A program made the position numbers and the translations under genes. DNA of 64,000 nucleotides. Origin: an uncultured Synergistales bacterium (lineage in GTDB: Bacteria; Synergistota; Synergistia; Synergistales; Aminobacteriaceae). Numbering within the stretch: position 1 is the stretch's first letter; each line of letters opens with the position of its first letter. Below the pieces are notes generated by a model that had not been told where the DNA came from, did no database searches, and saw nothing but the letters and a program-made list of their open reading frames with translations. This document shows, in pieces, positions 63,897-64,000 of this stretch. Location: NCBI GenBank assembly GCA_937897575.1, contig CALCQG010000005.1, positions 16,526-80,525 on the forward strand. The letters run 5' to 3'.

Positions 63897-64000
63897 AAAA
63901 ATACATCTACATCGACTTCGAAAACCTGCCGGGCGTCCAGATCGAGGAGATCGAGGACGGAAAGATCTTCATCTTTCTCGGCGAGAACCAGAAGAAACTG
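63893..64000 (+). CDS. hypothetical protein, N-terminal fragment (3' end outside the window)
   Basis: GTG 63893 follows GAGGAGGA and overlaps the comB stop. It reads VKKYIYIDFENLPGVQIEEIEDGKIFIFLGENQKKL. The YIDFEN start resembles NYN/PIN-like nucleases, but 36 aa is too few to assign a family. Confidence 0.4.
   Translation, partial: MKKYIYIDFENLPGVQIEEIEDGKIFIFLGENQKKL

Noticed and set aside
1-64000. tRNA, rRNA, tmRNA, transposase or integrase genes, and prophage structural genes.
   Set aside because: I found no cloverleaf-compatible segments with a GGTTCGAnTCC-type T-loop in the intergenic gaps, no rRNA-like stretches, and no ORF with recombinase or transposase motifs. A tRNAscan/Infernal run would be needed to exclude small RNAs rigorously.

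Overview
High-GC bacterial chromosomal segment. The gene content suggests an amino-acid or organic-acid fermenting anaerobe, possibly Synergistota-like, but I cannot verify that here. The window opens in the parA-parB partition locus. A perfect parS sits at 1447-1462 and a one-mismatch parS at 5080-5095. Between them lie a 1.6-kb gene-free stretch of decayed tandem repeats and a bioY gene with a BirA-type operator. The most notable system is a tightly packed three-gene module at 5875-11511: a TerB-N/TerB/TerB-C protein, a DUF2791/BrxD-like P-loop ATPase and an Lhr-like SF2 helicase. This matches the Shango anti-phage architecture, whose mechanism is unknown as far as I know. It is translationally coupled to a DmpA-type peptidase and is followed by a hypoxanthine-DNA glycosylase. 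Next comes a visibly lower-GC island (about 14.3-19.6 kb). It holds an orphan 684-aa membrane-anchored secreted protein, dinD, and a Wzz-like gene. The Wzz-like gene carries a G10 tract that separates it from an SD-preceded GTG start, and it is flanked by about 57-nt direct repeats. After that come a KAS III/methyltransferase pair, an SbcD/SbcC-like (YhaO/YhaN-type) pair whose ATPase has a TM hairpin, and the housekeeping genes murB and proC. A Dpp-type ABC transporter locus follows, with an amidinotransferase-fold enzyme and an MBL hydrolase. Two divergent organic-acid catabolic modules come next, each with a TRAP transporter, a GntR regulator and a 2-hydroxyacid dehydrogenase. One also encodes a LarA-like enzyme, a glycerate 2-kinase and a divergent enolase. 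The other encodes a YgeY-like hydrolase. The window ends with ddl, an aminotransferase, a PPi-phosphofructokinase gene disrupted by a perfect 41-bp fold-back inverted repeat, ptsI, a PuuD-like amidotransferase and comB. I recognised no rRNA, tRNA, CRISPR array, transposase or integrase. Many long ORFs in the track are antisense or alternative-frame shadows typical of high-GC DNA and are not called.
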